Below are positions 63,806-64,000 of a stretch of DNA of 64,000 nt, piece after piece (position 1 is the first letter of the stretch; every line of letters starts with the position of its first letter). This DNA is from Octopus bimaculoides (lineage: Eukaryota). Both the position numbers and the translations under genes were made by a program. The stretch lies in the NCBI RefSeq assembly GCF_001194135.2, contig NC_068991.1:24275920-24339919 (forward strand), given 5' to 3'. The notes beneath the pieces are model-generated. The model did not search any database and was not told the DNA's origin. It saw only the letters and a list, made by a program, of their open reading frames with translations.

Positions 63806-63871
63806 AATAATAATAAATGGAGCAAAACGCATATAGTCAATTATATGCGTTTTCCTCCATTTATTATTATT
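63806..63871. repeat. 30-bp-arm hairpin with a 6-nt loop (1 mismatch)
   Basis: aataataataaatggagcaaaacgcatata-gtcaat-tatatgcgttttcctccatttattattatt. Confidence 0.9.
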
Positions 63872-64000
63872 CTTTATATCTACTCAAAATACATCACTTT
63901 AACATGGAATTTCTACCCATTAACCGGGTATGATATCCTAGTTTTTGTGTGATTTTTGCTACCCTGGTAACTATTAACATATTTGCANNNNNNNNNNCCA

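Overview
Animal genomic DNA: AT-rich, very rich in microsatellites, with about 20 N-gaps that mostly sit at simple repeats. The repeat families resemble those of coleoid cephalopods, probably Octopus; this is inference, with no database check. One host gene is supported: a plus-strand globin with three coding exons (413-603, 16783-17008, 39917-40048) giving 182 aa. It has the ancestral B12.2 and G7.0 introns, His E7 and His F8, and an N-terminal MGCRNS myristoylation/palmitoylation motif, so it is globin X-like and probably membrane-anchored. The rest is decayed mobile DNA: mariner, maT (DD37D), Tc1 (DD34E), Tigger/pogo (DD32D), RTE, R4/Dong-like RLE LINEs, Penelope-like elements (PLE), three tRNA-derived SINE families and several palindromic or foldback elements. 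The main unexpected signal is a set of minimal type I hammerhead ribozyme (HHR) motifs with palindromic stem III. Five are well formed (10500-10545 minus, 54242-54306 plus, 54746-54844 plus, 56552-56591 minus, 63607-63678 plus) and two are core-damaged relics in the globin introns (3739-3794, 17934-17986). They occur in a tRNA-headed SINE, at the 3' end of a PLE, and in head-to-head palindromes. All structures were folded by eye; none has been computed or tested. Repeat boundaries are approximate (about 10-30 bp).
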